Origin: Candidatus Veblenbacteria bacterium
GTDB lineage: Bacteria > Patescibacteriota > Patescibacteriia > Veblenbacterales > UBA10138
Length of the DNA stretch: 50,905 nt
NCBI GenBank assembly: GCA_030700105.1
Contig: JAUYKG010000031.1
Location: forward strand, 1-50,905
Direction: 5' to 3'
Below are positions 8,868 to 18,900 of the stretch, piece after piece (the first letter of the stretch is position 1; every line of letters begins with the position of its first letter). The notes beneath the pieces are model-generated. The model was not told the origin of the DNA, ran no database searches, and saw only the letters and a program-made list of their open reading frames with translations. The translations under genes were made by a program, and so were the position numbers.

Positions 8868-11483
8868 CTATAACTTCTCGGCTTTCTCCACGCGAATTGT
8901 GCCGCCTGGCTCCAGCACCACCACATCGCGTCTTGTAAGCTTACCGGAAAGCAAATGGGTGGCCAGGGCGCTATCCACGTTATCCTGGATAACACGCCGC
9001 AGCGGCCGGGCGCCAAAGAGCGGGTCGAACCCCTTGTGCGCCAACTCGCGAACCGCCTCGGGCGAGGCTCTAAGGTGCACTCCCTTAGCTTCCAGCTCGC
9101 GCGCTAGTTTTTTTATCATAAGTTCGGCTACTTGTTCAACTTCAGCTATCTCCAGCGGCCTAAACACCACAATGGCATCAAAACGGTTCAAAAATTCAGG
9201 ACGGAAGTACTGAGTGAGTCCGCCCTTTAAAAGTCCACGACGAATGTAGTCCAGAGGCACGTTCTGCTGAAGCTGTTCTTGGATGAAAGAAGTGGCGGCA
9301 TTGGAAGTGGCGATGATGATGGCGTTATTAAAGCTTATGGTATGCCCGGCAGCATCGGTGAGACGACCATCATCCAACACTTGTAAAAAAACATTCAAGA
9401 TATCTGAGTGCGCTTTTTCCAACTCGTCCAACAACACGAGTGTGTAAGGTGTACGATGTACTGCCTCGGTTAACAGCCCACGCTCCTCCCCTGCCCTGCC
9501 GGGTGCGCCCACCAAGCGGTACAGGCTCTCGGCGGTTTGGTATTCGGACATATCCAGCCGTACCATCTTATCCTCGCCGCCGAAGTACTCCTGCGCCACC
9601 ACCTTAGCCAGCTCGGTTTTACCCACGCCAGTCGGGCCTAAGAACAAGAACGAAGCTACTGGGCGCTTCTGGTCGCGCAGATCCACGCGCCCCCTGCGCA
9701 AAGCCTCGCTCACCAGCTTTACCGCTTCGTCTTGCCCGATAATACGCTGGTGCAGGATCTGTTCCAGGTTCAAAAGCTTTTCACTTTCCCCGGCGGTAAT
9801 CTGCGCTACCGGCACGTGTACCTTGCTCGCTACTACCTGCGCCACATGCTCGGCCGTTACCACCCCGCCGCCTCCGACACGCTCACGTGCGAACACCACC
9901 ACTTCCTCGAGCAGGGTAATAGCTTTCTCGGGTAGGTAACGATCGGGCATAAAGCGCCGCGCCAACGTAACCGTGTTCTCCAGTGCGCCGTAGGAAAAGT
10001 ACATACGGTGTTGGTGCTCAATGGTTCCCACGCGAGATTCCAACACCTGAATGGAGCTATTGTCGTCTAGCTCGGCTACCTCCACCCGCTGGAGCACATG
10101 TCCCAGTGGGCTGCGCTCCAGCGTGTCGCGCCAATCTTTGTTGGTGGTGGTGGCAAGCACGATGAGCTGATAACTGGCCACCACGTTGGCCAGCACGTCG
10201 CCTAAAGACAGCTGACGTCCGCTACCGGCGTCCAAGCCTACAATCTGATGCACATCCTCAATGGCGAGCACGATATTGCCGGCGCGGACCGCTTCGTTTA
10301 ACACCTGCAACAGCCGCTCGCCCGCCTCGCTAGGTGCAGCACCCGAGAGGAGCTGCGCCACCGAAATGAGCAAAAGGTGCTTATCCTGCAGTGCCCGAGG
10401 TACTTCCTCGGCAGCCATGACCTGGGCCATACCCTCGATAATTAACCCCCGGCCCATCCCTGGTTCGCCCACGAACACCACACTCCCTTGGCCACCTTCA
10501 ACCAAGCGGAAGGCCTCGGCTATTTCGCGATCCCGCCCCACGCAGGGCATAAGGTATCCCCGGGCCGCTTCCGCGGTAAGGTCGCGCGACACGCGGTTTA
10601 AGAACGGCGTGGCCACCGCCGAGTAGGTGCGATCCAGTGCGTGGCGCGGGCGGAAGGCGGAGCGCCGACTCTGGCGCGTGCGCATCTCCACAAGCTTGCG
10701 TCTTAAACTGTACCAAGCCGTCACATTTTCCAGGGCTTCCGGTTTAACAGACAACTCTTCCAGCACATCCCGCACCAGTGAATCACTTTTGCCTAAGGCA
10801 ACCAGGACTTCGCTCATAGCCACGTGCCGGCCCTTACGTTTAAGGGCCAATTCAGCAGCGGCAAGTAAGGCCGTGCTGCTGGTCGCCGAGAGCTCAGAGC
10901 TTTTGCCCAGCGGCAGCCTAGCCAGTGCATTGCGTAGGGTACTTGCCAGCTTAGTAGTATCCACTCCCAAGCGCGAGAACACCCGCCGACCGGTAAGCGA
11001 ACTTAAGCTGGCGGCCAAAAGGTGTAGCGGATCCACTGCCTGCTTAAGCCGATAAGCATAGCGGTACGCGAGTTCCAGCACGCGCCAGGTCTCTTCGCTC
11101 AGATGCCGCTCCACCACCACGGTGTCGGCCTCGGCCACAGGCAGGGGTGGATACCAGGCATGCTCGCGCTCCAAACGGTACCAGGCATACACAGCCAAAA
11201 GGATTGCGAACCACAAGAGCTTGGCCCCAGGCGTGGGCGGCAAAAAAATATTCCACTGCCCATACTGGAACATGAGCGGCGCCGTTACCAACACGAACAC
11301 GCTCAACGATGCAAGCGCCAAGACAATAGCCGCGAATGCAACTGCACGGTACACCGTTAGGCGCAAACGCCGGAACACGAGTTCTAAGAGCGTGTAGTGT
11401 GTTTGCCAAGCAAATTGCGGCACGAGGATTCTAACTAAAAAGTATAAACAAGGTAACGGGTAGGAGCAGTACCCACCCCACAA
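8868..11483 (-). CDS. Membrane-anchored Clp/Hsp100 AAA+ ATPase (ClpB-like D2, degenerate D1, no M-domain)
   Basis: Two N-terminal TM helices, two Clp_N repeats, a D1 with GEPGMGRG / IEDVH, and a D2 with GPTGVGKT / LLDELEKAH. The track start is TTG 11483, which overlaps the upstream ORF by 53 nt. GTG 11423 is an alternative. The start is uncertain. Confidence 0.75.
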   Translation of the reverse strand: MWGGYCSYPLPCLYFLVRILVPQFAWQTHYTLLELVFRRLRLTVYRAVAFAAIVLALASLSVFVLVTAPLMFQYGQWNIFLPPTPGAKLLWFAILLAVYAWYRLEREHAWYPPLPVAEADTVVVERHLSEETWRVLELAYRYAYRLKQAVDPLHLLAASLSSLTGRRVFSRLGVDTTKLASTLRNALARLPLGKSSELSATSSTALLAAAELALKRKGRHVAMSEVLVALGKSDSLVRDVLEELSVKPEALENVTAWYSLRRKLVEMRTRQSRRSAFRPRHALDRTYSAVATPFLNRVSRDLTAEAARGYLMPCVGRDREIAEAFRLVEGGQGSVVFVGEPGMGRGLIIEGMAQVMAAEEVPRALQDKHLLLISVAQLLSGAAPSEAGERLLQVLNEAVRAGNIVLAIEDVHQIVGLDAGSGRQLSLGDVLANVVASYQLIVLATTTNKDWRDTLERSPLGHVLQRVEVAELDDNSSIQVLESRVGTIEHQHRMYFSYGALENTVTLARRFMPDRYLPEKAITLLEEVVVFARERVGGGGVVTAEHVAQVVASKVHVPVAQITAGESEKLLNLEQILHQRIIGQDEAVKLVSEALRRGRVDLRDQKRPVASFLFLGPTGVGKTELAKVVAQEYFGGEDKMVRLDMSEYQTAESLYRLVGAPGRAGEERGLLTEAVHRTPYTLVLLDELEKAHSDILNVFLQVLDDGRLTDAAGHTISFNNAIIIATSNAATSFIQEQLQQNVPLDYIRRGLLKGGLTQYFRPEFLNRFDAIVVFRPLEIAEVEQVAELMIKKLARELEAKGVHLRASPEAVRELAHKGFDPLFGARPLRRVIQDNVDSALATHLLSGKLTRRDVVVLEPGGTIRVEKAEKL

Positions 11484-11781
11484 GGAATGCGAGGTACCAC
11501 GCCGCGGCTACGAGCAGCCGTATGGATTTTGCTATGAGGAGCACCAAACGCATGGCTAGGCTAATAGCCCTCCCCTGCCAGGTGTAGTCCTGGTACATGG
11601 GCTTGAACAGGTAACGCGCGAACACGCCCAGGCTCACACGCGCCCGCGCCGTGGAAAACCCGCGCCAGCAGCGCTCGGCCACAATTGTCAACCCTCCGGA
11701 GTACCACCACCAGGGGAAACGCACCACATCCAGCACAAACTCCAGCACCAGGTCGGCAGACTGCTTAAGGGCCAGGGTCAT
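11431..11781 (-). CDS. Small hydrophobic membrane protein, unknown function
   Basis: 116 aa with ATG at 11781. It has a Trp-rich amphipathic N-terminal part and C-terminal TM segments (LLVAAAWYLAFLVGWVLLLPVTLFILF). Same strand as the Clp gene and immediately upstream of it. Confidence 0.45.
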   Translation of the reverse strand: MTLALKQSADLVLEFVLDVVRFPWWWYSGGLTIVAERCWRGFSTARARVSLGVFARYLFKPMYQDYTWQGRAISLAMRLVLLIAKSIRLLVAAAWYLAFLVGWVLLLPVTLFILFS

Positions 11782-11891
11782 AGATAGTTCTAGTATAGGT
11801 TTTTTAGCAGCACTTGACCACGTAACGACTAACTTGCTAGGGTGATGTCAAATAAAATAAAAACCATAACTATATCCAAAGGAGGTGTTGG

Positions 11892-12623
11892 ATGGAGTAC
11901 CTTGTCAACTTTTTAAATGCGATTGAACCTGGGATCCTAAAGTTAATCGCGGCCAAAGATAGGGCTTTGAGCAAATTCGCCGAGTTTATAATTCCGCGGC
12001 CGGAGACGCGGCAAACATTCCGGCGCAGGTTCAAAACGCTAGTCGCCAACCTGTCTCATCCATTATCCAATATTGTGGACAAATGGATAGAGACGGACGT
12101 CTTCACGGTAGCGAACATGATCTCGTTCGGCCGGGCGCTGGCTGGGCCGGTCTTCTTAATATTCGTAATACACGATGCTGGCTTTGCTGCCTACATTTCC
12201 GTTTTAGCCCTAGTGGTATTCTCGGATTACTTTGATGGCGTAATAGCCAAAAAAATGAACCAGCAAAGCGAGACTGGCGGTGCGGTTGATGCTGGCTGCG
12301 ATAAAGTGTTTGCCTTTTTCGCTGCCACAGGCTTCTACCAGCACTTCTGGCTAGTACCCCTAGCACTCTTCGCGCTCTTCGATCTTATACTTATCATTAT
12401 GGCCCTCGTGCTGAGCTATAAAAAAAGGCACAATGCGTACCGGGGCACTGGGCAAATAAAGGCCAATCATTTCGGGAAGTTGAAATTCAACTTCCAGGCA
12501 CTGACACTTGTGCTTTTTCTGTTCAACTTCTATCCGGCCGGGAACTACACATTAATCATAGCTGATGTATTCGCGCTTGGGAGCATAATCAGACACCTAA
12601 GACCTGCAAAAGAGAATGTTTAA
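11892..12623 (+). CDS. CDP-alcohol phosphatidyltransferase family protein
   Basis: Signature D-G-x2-A-(R/K)-x8-G-x3-D-x3-D is present as DGVIAKKMNQQSETGGAVDAGCDKV. Multi-TM. GGAGG Shine-Dalgarno at 11881-11885 before ATG 11892. Lower GC than its neighbours. Confidence 0.7.
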   Translation: MEYLVNFLNAIEPGILKLIAAKDRALSKFAEFIIPRPETRQTFRRRFKTLVANLSHPLSNIVDKWIETDVFTVANMISFGRALAGPVFLIFVIHDAGFAAYISVLALVVFSDYFDGVIAKKMNQQSETGGAVDAGCDKVFAFFAATGFYQHFWLVPLALFALFDLILIIMALVLSYKKRHNAYRGTGQIKANHFGKLKFNFQALTLVLFLFNFYPAGNYTLIIADVFALGSIIRHLRPAKENV

Positions 12624-12634
12624 CTAAAATAAGA

Positions 12635-12668
12635 GACTCCATCATAAACATGGGGTCTTTTATCTTTT
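12635..12668. terminator. Bidirectional rho-independent terminator between convergent genes
   Basis: GACTCCAT (12635-12642) pairs with ATGGGGTC (12650-12657), with one G-U. TTTTATCTTTT follows on the plus strand and TCTTATTTT on the minus strand. Confidence 0.55.
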
Positions 12669-14574
12669 ATGGCACCACAATGCCCTTGCCCTGAGCGCCG
12701 AGGTCGTTATCCAGTTCGGTGGTAATGAACTTGGCTGTGGCAATAAGGTCCGCACCGGAAAAAGTGTCCCGCGCGGTAACCGTGGTAGTGCGGGTGAGCA
12801 CAAGAATTTTGTTGGCGTCGGACGGACCGGGTGTTACCGCCACTTCAAACGAGGCTTCGGGCCGAGCAAAACCAGTACCTGCCCCAGCCGGCAAGCGGTT
12901 CAAGGTCCAGCGCACCTCGCGCGTATTGGGGTTAAAGCTCACGGGGCTGCCAGCGGCCACGGTGCTCTGTCCGGTAAAGTTAACTTCGGGCGGCAAAGTG
13001 GTAGTAACTTCCACATTCTCCACCTCGCTCAGGTTGTTAGCCAATCGCCAAAAAATAACATACGTGGTGGTTTGCCCCACCTGCGGCGGCAACGGGCCCG
13101 AGCCAAGCTTTACCAAGTCGTCCGTATAGTAACGGCCATCAGCTTCTAGGGTTAAGCGCGTATTGAACTTACTCTCCACCTCGTTCGATTCGCTCATTAT
13201 TGCTTGCAAGGACTCCCCCACCATCTGCCCGGCCTGAGCCTCCACTTTGGCTTTAAACGAAGGTGTAGCACTAGCACCAGCTGGCAGACTTGGTACCACA
13301 GAGATATACCAGCGGACGGTAGTGCGGCTACCTGGCTGCAACGCCGCCAGGAACGGTAGCACCTCCTTGGTCCAGGTGATGGTACCCTCTGTACGATTCA
13401 CTGTACCGCCGGCGTCGTCACGCAAGGTGCTCCAATCAAGGTAGGTGGTATCCAGGCGGGCGACTAATATAATGTTGGTGAACGGTAACTCGCCTTCATT
13501 CGCCACCGTAACCTGATAGGTAAGCTGCTGCCCGAGATCCACAGCGCTCTTCAGGCTTACATCGTTGGCGGTGAGGTTTAAGGTGAGGTGCGATTTCACT
13601 AAGGTGAGTTCATGCACCTTTTCCTCTTGCACTGTTACCTTGTTACCCTCGCCTAGTAACCCCACGGCTACTCTGATCTCCTGCTTGCCCGCAGCCGAGG
13701 CTTCGGTGAAACGTCCTTTGAACTCCACCTTGCCTTCTGCCAACGGTTCCAAATCCGGCAACAGCCAGGTATTGCCGGCCCCACTTAAGGGCGTAAGCTG
13801 GGGTAGCTCAAGCTCAAAGCCGCCCGGACTGGTAAAACGTACCACCAAACCGCTCAACGGCTCGGCTGAACTGTTGCGATAGGTGGCGCTCAAGCTGAGG
13901 GGTTCTGCTTCTGGCAGTTGGGCTGGGCCGGTAAGTTCAAGGTTTAAAACCGATGCCACCACCTGAGTAGCCACATTCAAGGTCTTGGCATACTGAGCAC
14001 TTATGTTCTCTGGCTCGTAGGTAACCACGGCCGAGAACTGCTTTACATCACCTACCTCGCCCACTAGGAGCCCCCGTACCGACAGATTGCCTGATTCACG
14101 CGCGCGAATGCGCTTTAAGGTAAGCCGCGTGCCTTCCGTGTTGTCCGCTTGCGGCAAGGATCCCTCAAAAGTAAAACCCTCGGGGTAGCGGAGGTTAACC
14201 TCAATGTCAGTTAAATCTACGCCCTGGTCATTGTGATACGCCAAAGTATACTCAACTACCTGCCCCGAAGGCGCTTCTTGGGGTCCTACTAGGGTAAGAC
14301 TCACAGCTTCCTCCCCGAACTTCCCGCCGCCGTTGCCCAAGAAGAACAGCACACCCAAAGCTACCACCAGAAGTAGCCCTAGGGTAGAGATAAGGATAAC
14401 CCAAGTGTGGCGCTTGCGCGCCGCGGCTAGTGTGGTGGGGAAATCACCTTCGGCGCCCTGGCGGTAGAGCTTGGCAAAAGCCTCACCAGCCTCCTTAACT
14501 GATTCCTCCTCGTCCGCGGCCTCGGGCGAGAGCGTAAAATCATTCACGCGCGATTCTTGGTCTCGTTTAGCCAT
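12667..14574 (-). CDS. Membrane-anchored surface protein with DUF11/CARDB-like beta-repeat domains
   Basis: 635 aa. Acidic N-terminus, one TM (WVILISTLGLLLVVALGVLFFL), then repeated units of the form G..V.Y.L...N.G......V (for example GQVVEYTLAYHNDQGVDLTDIEV and QQLTYQVTVANEGELPFTNIIL). Confidence 0.55.
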   Translation of the reverse strand: MAKRDQESRVNDFTLSPEAADEEESVKEAGEAFAKLYRQGAEGDFPTTLAAARKRHTWVILISTLGLLLVVALGVLFFLGNGGGKFGEEAVSLTLVGPQEAPSGQVVEYTLAYHNDQGVDLTDIEVNLRYPEGFTFEGSLPQADNTEGTRLTLKRIRARESGNLSVRGLLVGEVGDVKQFSAVVTYEPENISAQYAKTLNVATQVVASVLNLELTGPAQLPEAEPLSLSATYRNSSAEPLSGLVVRFTSPGGFELELPQLTPLSGAGNTWLLPDLEPLAEGKVEFKGRFTEASAAGKQEIRVAVGLLGEGNKVTVQEEKVHELTLVKSHLTLNLTANDVSLKSAVDLGQQLTYQVTVANEGELPFTNIILVARLDTTYLDWSTLRDDAGGTVNRTEGTITWTKEVLPFLAALQPGSRTTVRWYISVVPSLPAGASATPSFKAKVEAQAGQMVGESLQAIMSESNEVESKFNTRLTLEADGRYYTDDLVKLGSGPLPPQVGQTTTYVIFWRLANNLSEVENVEVTTTLPPEVNFTGQSTVAAGSPVSFNPNTREVRWTLNRLPAGAGTGFARPEASFEVAVTPGPSDANKILVLTRTTTVTARDTFSGADLIATAKFITTELDNDLGAQGKGIVVP

Positions 14575-14576
14575 AC

Positions 14577-15323
14577 CTACAGAATACTACGCAATACCTT
14601 AAGCGTGTAGAGTTCGCGGCCGGCATGGCCCTGCACGTAATCCGTCAGGAACCCTAGCACCGAAGCAGGCAAGGGCTCGGCGCGTACAACCCCCATGGTA
14701 GCGGCCCGCGTGAGCCAGGCGAAAGCTGAGGGTGCGAGTGGCACCGTGGCCTCGCCGGTTGGCACGTGGTTCTGATGGTAAAACCCATGACTGGTCCAAC
14801 TAAAGTGAACCGGCTCGGCTAAAGCACCGCGGCAATCCTCACAGTGCGTAAGCGTAACCGCCAAACCGATACTTTTCAAAAGTTCGACCAGATAATGGGC
14901 CAAGAGCCAACGCGCGGCTGGCCGCCACTCGCTTTCTGCCGAAGGGAGCTCTGCGAGTTCCACCAAGCTTTGGCGCAAGAGTAGGGTTAAACGGGGCTCT
15001 CGTTCCCCCACCCGAGTAAGAGTGTCGGCCACTTCCAAAAGCGCACTGCCCAACACCGCAGTAGAGAGATGGTAAGGCGGCTTAAGATACGCTTGCCGCA
15101 AACTGGCCGAGGCCAACCTGTCCAAGCGCTTGCCGCGCGCCACCATTACCTCCACCTCGGCGAACGGCAAAAGGTGCGGGGCTAATTTGGAATTTATTTT
15201 TTTGCTGCCCGCGGCTATTACCTCCACCTTGCCGTTAGCTTCGGTTAACAGCGTGTACAGCCTGTCACCTTCCCGCCAGGGCCGCGTGCTCAATACAAAA
15301 CCGGTAGTAACGTAAGTGGACAC
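14577..15323 (-). CDS. recO: DNA repair protein RecO
   Basis: 248 aa. N-terminal OB-fold pattern (TTGFVLSTRPWREGDRLYTLLTEANGKVEVIAAGSKK) and a central Cys cluster (HCEDC). GTG start at 15323, with no nearby ATG. Confidence 0.7.
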   Translation of the reverse strand: MSTYVTTGFVLSTRPWREGDRLYTLLTEANGKVEVIAAGSKKINSKLAPHLLPFAEVEVMVARGKRLDRLASASLRQAYLKPPYHLSTAVLGSALLEVADTLTRVGEREPRLTLLLRQSLVELAELPSAESEWRPAARWLLAHYLVELLKSIGLAVTLTHCEDCRGALAEPVHFSWTSHGFYHQNHVPTGEATVPLAPSAFAWLTRAATMGVVRAEPLPASVLGFLTDYVQGHAGRELYTLKVLRSIL

Positions 15324-15332
15324 AGAAAAAAA

Positions 15333-16022
15333 TTACAAATTAAATAAACTTCGACTAACCCTCATCCCTCTGGTAAATTCATACAAGGCCGACCAAAACA
15401 AGCCGGAAGTGGCTGCAAACATAACCTCTTCAATCGGTACCGCGCCAAGCCATAACCCACTCAAGTAGTCGTGATTATAGTAGGTGACGATGAAATCAGG
15501 AAAGAGCCAATTGAATACAGAGAACAAACCCCAGTATAACGCTGCAAACCATAAACAGCTCCAGAGCATTTCTGGCACCAAGTCCTGGCGGTAAATTACC
15601 ACTACCACTGCACCTAGTAGCATAGCAATAACTAGCACGTGTAGGGGCTTTAGAGGAAGAAGGGTTAACCCACCAACATACGCACAGACAAAAACGGCTG
15701 CCGACAAGAAGTTTGGGTACGACCGAGCAATGAGCGGCCGTTTTGTTCGGCGGTCGTTCACGTATTCATAGAGCACGGCAGCCACACCCCCGATAAAAAA
15801 ACCTAACAGAACATCTTCTAATGATACGCCGTAACGACTAAGTAAATTACCAAGGGTGGGCGGATTCCAATAATAAGGCACGTACAGGGAGCCGGTTGAT
15901 CCAATGACAGCGCCGAGTAAACCGGCAAATACCATCTGAGACCGCAAATCAGCCCGCCGCCAAAATATAACCAACCAAGGAATAAGGGCTATGCCAACAC
16001 CAACTAGATAAGTGTAATGCAT
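15333..16022 (-). CDS. Polytopic membrane protein with two lycopene-cyclase-domain-like repeats
   Basis: 229 aa with about 7 TM segments. Two copies of the hPhEEhhF-type motif: VSLEDVLLGF and VPIEEVMFAA. The assignment rests on the motif only. Confidence 0.35.
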   Translation of the reverse strand: MHYTYLVGVGIALIPWLVIFWRRADLRSQMVFAGLLGAVIGSTGSLYVPYYWNPPTLGNLLSRYGVSLEDVLLGFFIGGVAAVLYEYVNDRRTKRPLIARSYPNFLSAAVFVCAYVGGLTLLPLKPLHVLVIAMLLGAVVVVIYRQDLVPEMLWSCLWFAALYWGLFSVFNWLFPDFIVTYYNHDYLSGLWLGAVPIEEVMFAATSGLFWSALYEFTRGMRVSRSLFNL

Positions 16023-16037
16023 AGTAAGTTTAGGCCG

Positions 16038-18890
16038 TCATTCAATGTTCAGACTTACCTTCACATCTCCTAAATTAAGTTCGTGTTCTTGAGACTTGTC
16101 AGAAAATTCAACCGCCTCGGCTATCACGGCACGTTTTACATCATCCAACTGCTTTTCCAGCGCACCCTTGAGAGGCTCAGGCGCCTGCACCACAAGTTTA
16201 ACCTTATCTTGTATGGTAAGCTTAAGCTCTTTACGCAGCGCGTTCACCTGCCGCGTGAATTCACGCACTAGTCCAAGTGCTTCAAGCTCACTGTTCATTG
16301 CAGTATCAAGCTTTGTTTCTATACCGTGAGTCACTTTTTGTACATTCACTTCGTCAGCTATAAGAGATGAGATATCTTCGCCAAACTTCACACTGGTAGT
16401 TAGATGCCCCAGCACCTGCCGTACCTTAATGCCAGCAGCTGCCCGCTGTGCCAGGGCTTTTTCAACTTCGTCCCTGGCCCTTGCCATATCCGCTAACAGC
16501 TGCTCGTCATCGGCGGTAACCGTACTCTGTGTTGGCCAATCCTCCAAATGCACCGATTTTTTGCTGCTATTAACTCGGCCATAAACCTCTTCCGCAATAA
16601 ACGGCGTGAACGGCGCCAGCAGCTTAGCCAAGGTGGATAGAACATAGCCCAGGGTTGCCACGGCGACCTGCTTATCACTGCCTTCTTCCTTGAACCTGTC
16701 CCGACTGCGCCTAACGTACCATGTGGAAAGTTCAGTCACGAAACCGGCCAGTTTACGCCCGGCCTCGGTAATTTCATAATTATCCAAGTGTTCAGTAACT
16801 TCGTTCGCCAACTGCTGCAGCAAACCCAACACCCACCTATCCATCACGTGGCTAACTTTGGGCGATCCAACCGGCGCCTTAGCCTCGCCTTTGTATAGCT
16901 CGTAGAACGTAACCACATTCATGAGTATGAGGAACGTCTTTTTCACCACCTGATCAACATCATTCGTATCAAAATTCTTTGGTTCGCCCGGCTGATTGGC
17001 CGTGTAGAAATGCCAACGTAAAGCGTCCGCCCCCCAAGTGTTCATAACCTCCCACGGGTCCACGATATTACCCTTTGACTTGCTCATCTTTTGGCCGTGC
17101 TTATCGTTTATGTGCCCCAGGCAAATCACGTTCTGGTACGGCGGCACCTCTTGTATCGCCCCCGCTTTTTTAAGCACACTGGCTACAGCTAAAAGCGTGT
17201 AGAACCAGCCGCGCGTTTGGTCTATGGCCTCGGAAATATAATCAGCCGGATAATGCTGCTTAAACTGTTCTTCACTGCCGGCAACATGCGGATACCCCCA
17301 CTGAGCAAACGGCATACTGCCGGAATCAAACCAACAATCAGCCACCTCTGGAACGCGCTCCATCTCGCCCTTGCCGTCGCACTTCTTGCACGGCCAAATT
17401 ACTTGATCAATAAAGGGCCGGTGCATATCAAAGTCAGCCCCGAACTTTTGCCCTGATTTCTCGGTTAATTCCGCCAGGCTCTCTACCACAATGTGATGGC
17501 GACAATCGGGGTTGGTACAGCGCCAAATAGGCAACGGCGTGCCCCAATACCGCTCGCGCGATATGGCCCAATCTTTCACCCCTTCAAGCCACTCACCAAA
17601 GCGGCCGCTCTTGATGTGCTGGGGAAGCCAATTGACCTTTTCGTTAGCGGCCTTAAGCTCTTCTCGCAGAGCTGACATTTCAATGAACCACGATGGCTTG
17701 GCATAGTACAAAAGCGGAGTTTCACACCGCCAGCAAAAAGGGTAGTCGTGAGTATAAGTCTCCTCACTAAAAAGCAGACCGCGTTCTTTCAAATCGGCTA
17801 CTATCCCCTCCTCCACTACTTTATCTTTCACAAATTTACCCTGCCACTGCGGCACGTCCTTGGTGAACAGACCGTCCTCATCCACAGTATGGTACTTGGG
17901 CAAACCAACTTGTGTTCCAAGATTAAAATCATCCTCGCCGTACATTACAGCAGTATGTACCACACCAGTACCTTCGGTAGTGGTTACAAAATCCGCCGCA
18001 TATACTCGGTATGATTTCTCGTTCTGCAAAGGCTTTATATCAAATAGAGGTTTGTACTCTAGGCCTACAAGTTTTTTACCTGGAAACTTATCTACCACTT
18101 CAGGTAATCCACTACGAAAAACCTCCTTTAATCGTGCTCGCGCTAAAATCAAAAACTCGTTCTTTACTTTTACCTTCTCGTACATCACATCCTCGCCCAC
18201 TGCTAAGGCCACATTTCCAGGCAAGGTCCATGGCGTGGTGGTCCAAGATAGAATCGATGTATCGGGGTCTGATGCTAATTTAAACTTAATGTAAACTGCC
18301 TTGTCAGGGATATTCTTATACCCCAACGCGACTTCGTGACTGGAAAGCGCCGTACCGCAACGCGGGCAGTGCGGCAAAACCTTGTAATCCTGGTACAGCA
18401 ATCCTGCTTTATCAGCCTGCTTGAAAATCCACCACAGGCTTTCTATATACGGCCGCTCATATGTGATGTACGGATGCTCCAAATCCAGCCAATAGCCCAT
18501 GCGCTGGGTAAGCTTTTCCCAGTCCTCTTTGTACTTCCACACGCCATCTTTACACTTGGCGTTAAATTCCGCCACCCCGTACTTTTCTATATCCGGCTTA
18601 CCCTTAAAGCCAAGTTCTTTTTCCACCTGCAGTTCCACCGGCAAACCCTGGGTATCCCAACCAGCCTTGCGTTCCACACGCCAGCCGCGCATGGTCTTGT
18701 AGCGCGGAATTAAGTCCTTAAATGCCCGTGCCAACACGTGGTGAATGCCGGGCTTACCGTTGGCAGTGGGAGGGCCTTCAAAAAAAACAAAATCCCCTTC
18801 CTTAGAGGGCTTGGCAAGCGATTTCTCGAATATCTTGTTCTCCTGCCAATATTTGAGCCACCTCTCTTCTAGCTCGGGAAACTTCACCAT
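16038..18890 (-). CDS. ileS: Isoleucine--tRNA ligase (type-2-like HIGH region)
   Basis: 950 aa. GPPTANGKPGIHHV (HIGH region), KMSKSKGN (KMSKS), a CP1 editing insertion, and no C-terminal zinc-finger extension visible. Confidence 0.92.
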   Translation of the reverse strand: MVKFPELEERWLKYWQENKIFEKSLAKPSKEGDFVFFEGPPTANGKPGIHHVLARAFKDLIPRYKTMRGWRVERKAGWDTQGLPVELQVEKELGFKGKPDIEKYGVAEFNAKCKDGVWKYKEDWEKLTQRMGYWLDLEHPYITYERPYIESLWWIFKQADKAGLLYQDYKVLPHCPRCGTALSSHEVALGYKNIPDKAVYIKFKLASDPDTSILSWTTTPWTLPGNVALAVGEDVMYEKVKVKNEFLILARARLKEVFRSGLPEVVDKFPGKKLVGLEYKPLFDIKPLQNEKSYRVYAADFVTTTEGTGVVHTAVMYGEDDFNLGTQVGLPKYHTVDEDGLFTKDVPQWQGKFVKDKVVEEGIVADLKERGLLFSEETYTHDYPFCWRCETPLLYYAKPSWFIEMSALREELKAANEKVNWLPQHIKSGRFGEWLEGVKDWAISRERYWGTPLPIWRCTNPDCRHHIVVESLAELTEKSGQKFGADFDMHRPFIDQVIWPCKKCDGKGEMERVPEVADCWFDSGSMPFAQWGYPHVAGSEEQFKQHYPADYISEAIDQTRGWFYTLLAVASVLKKAGAIQEVPPYQNVICLGHINDKHGQKMSKSKGNIVDPWEVMNTWGADALRWHFYTANQPGEPKNFDTNDVDQVVKKTFLILMNVVTFYELYKGEAKAPVGSPKVSHVMDRWVLGLLQQLANEVTEHLDNYEITEAGRKLAGFVTELSTWYVRRSRDRFKEEGSDKQVAVATLGYVLSTLAKLLAPFTPFIAEEVYGRVNSSKKSVHLEDWPTQSTVTADDEQLLADMARARDEVEKALAQRAAAGIKVRQVLGHLTTSVKFGEDISSLIADEVNVQKVTHGIETKLDTAMNSELEALGLVREFTRQVNALRKELKLTIQDKVKLVVQAPEPLKGALEKQLDDVKRAVIAEAVEFSDKSQEHELNLGDVKVSLNIE

Positions 18891-18900
18891 AGTGCTCTTT

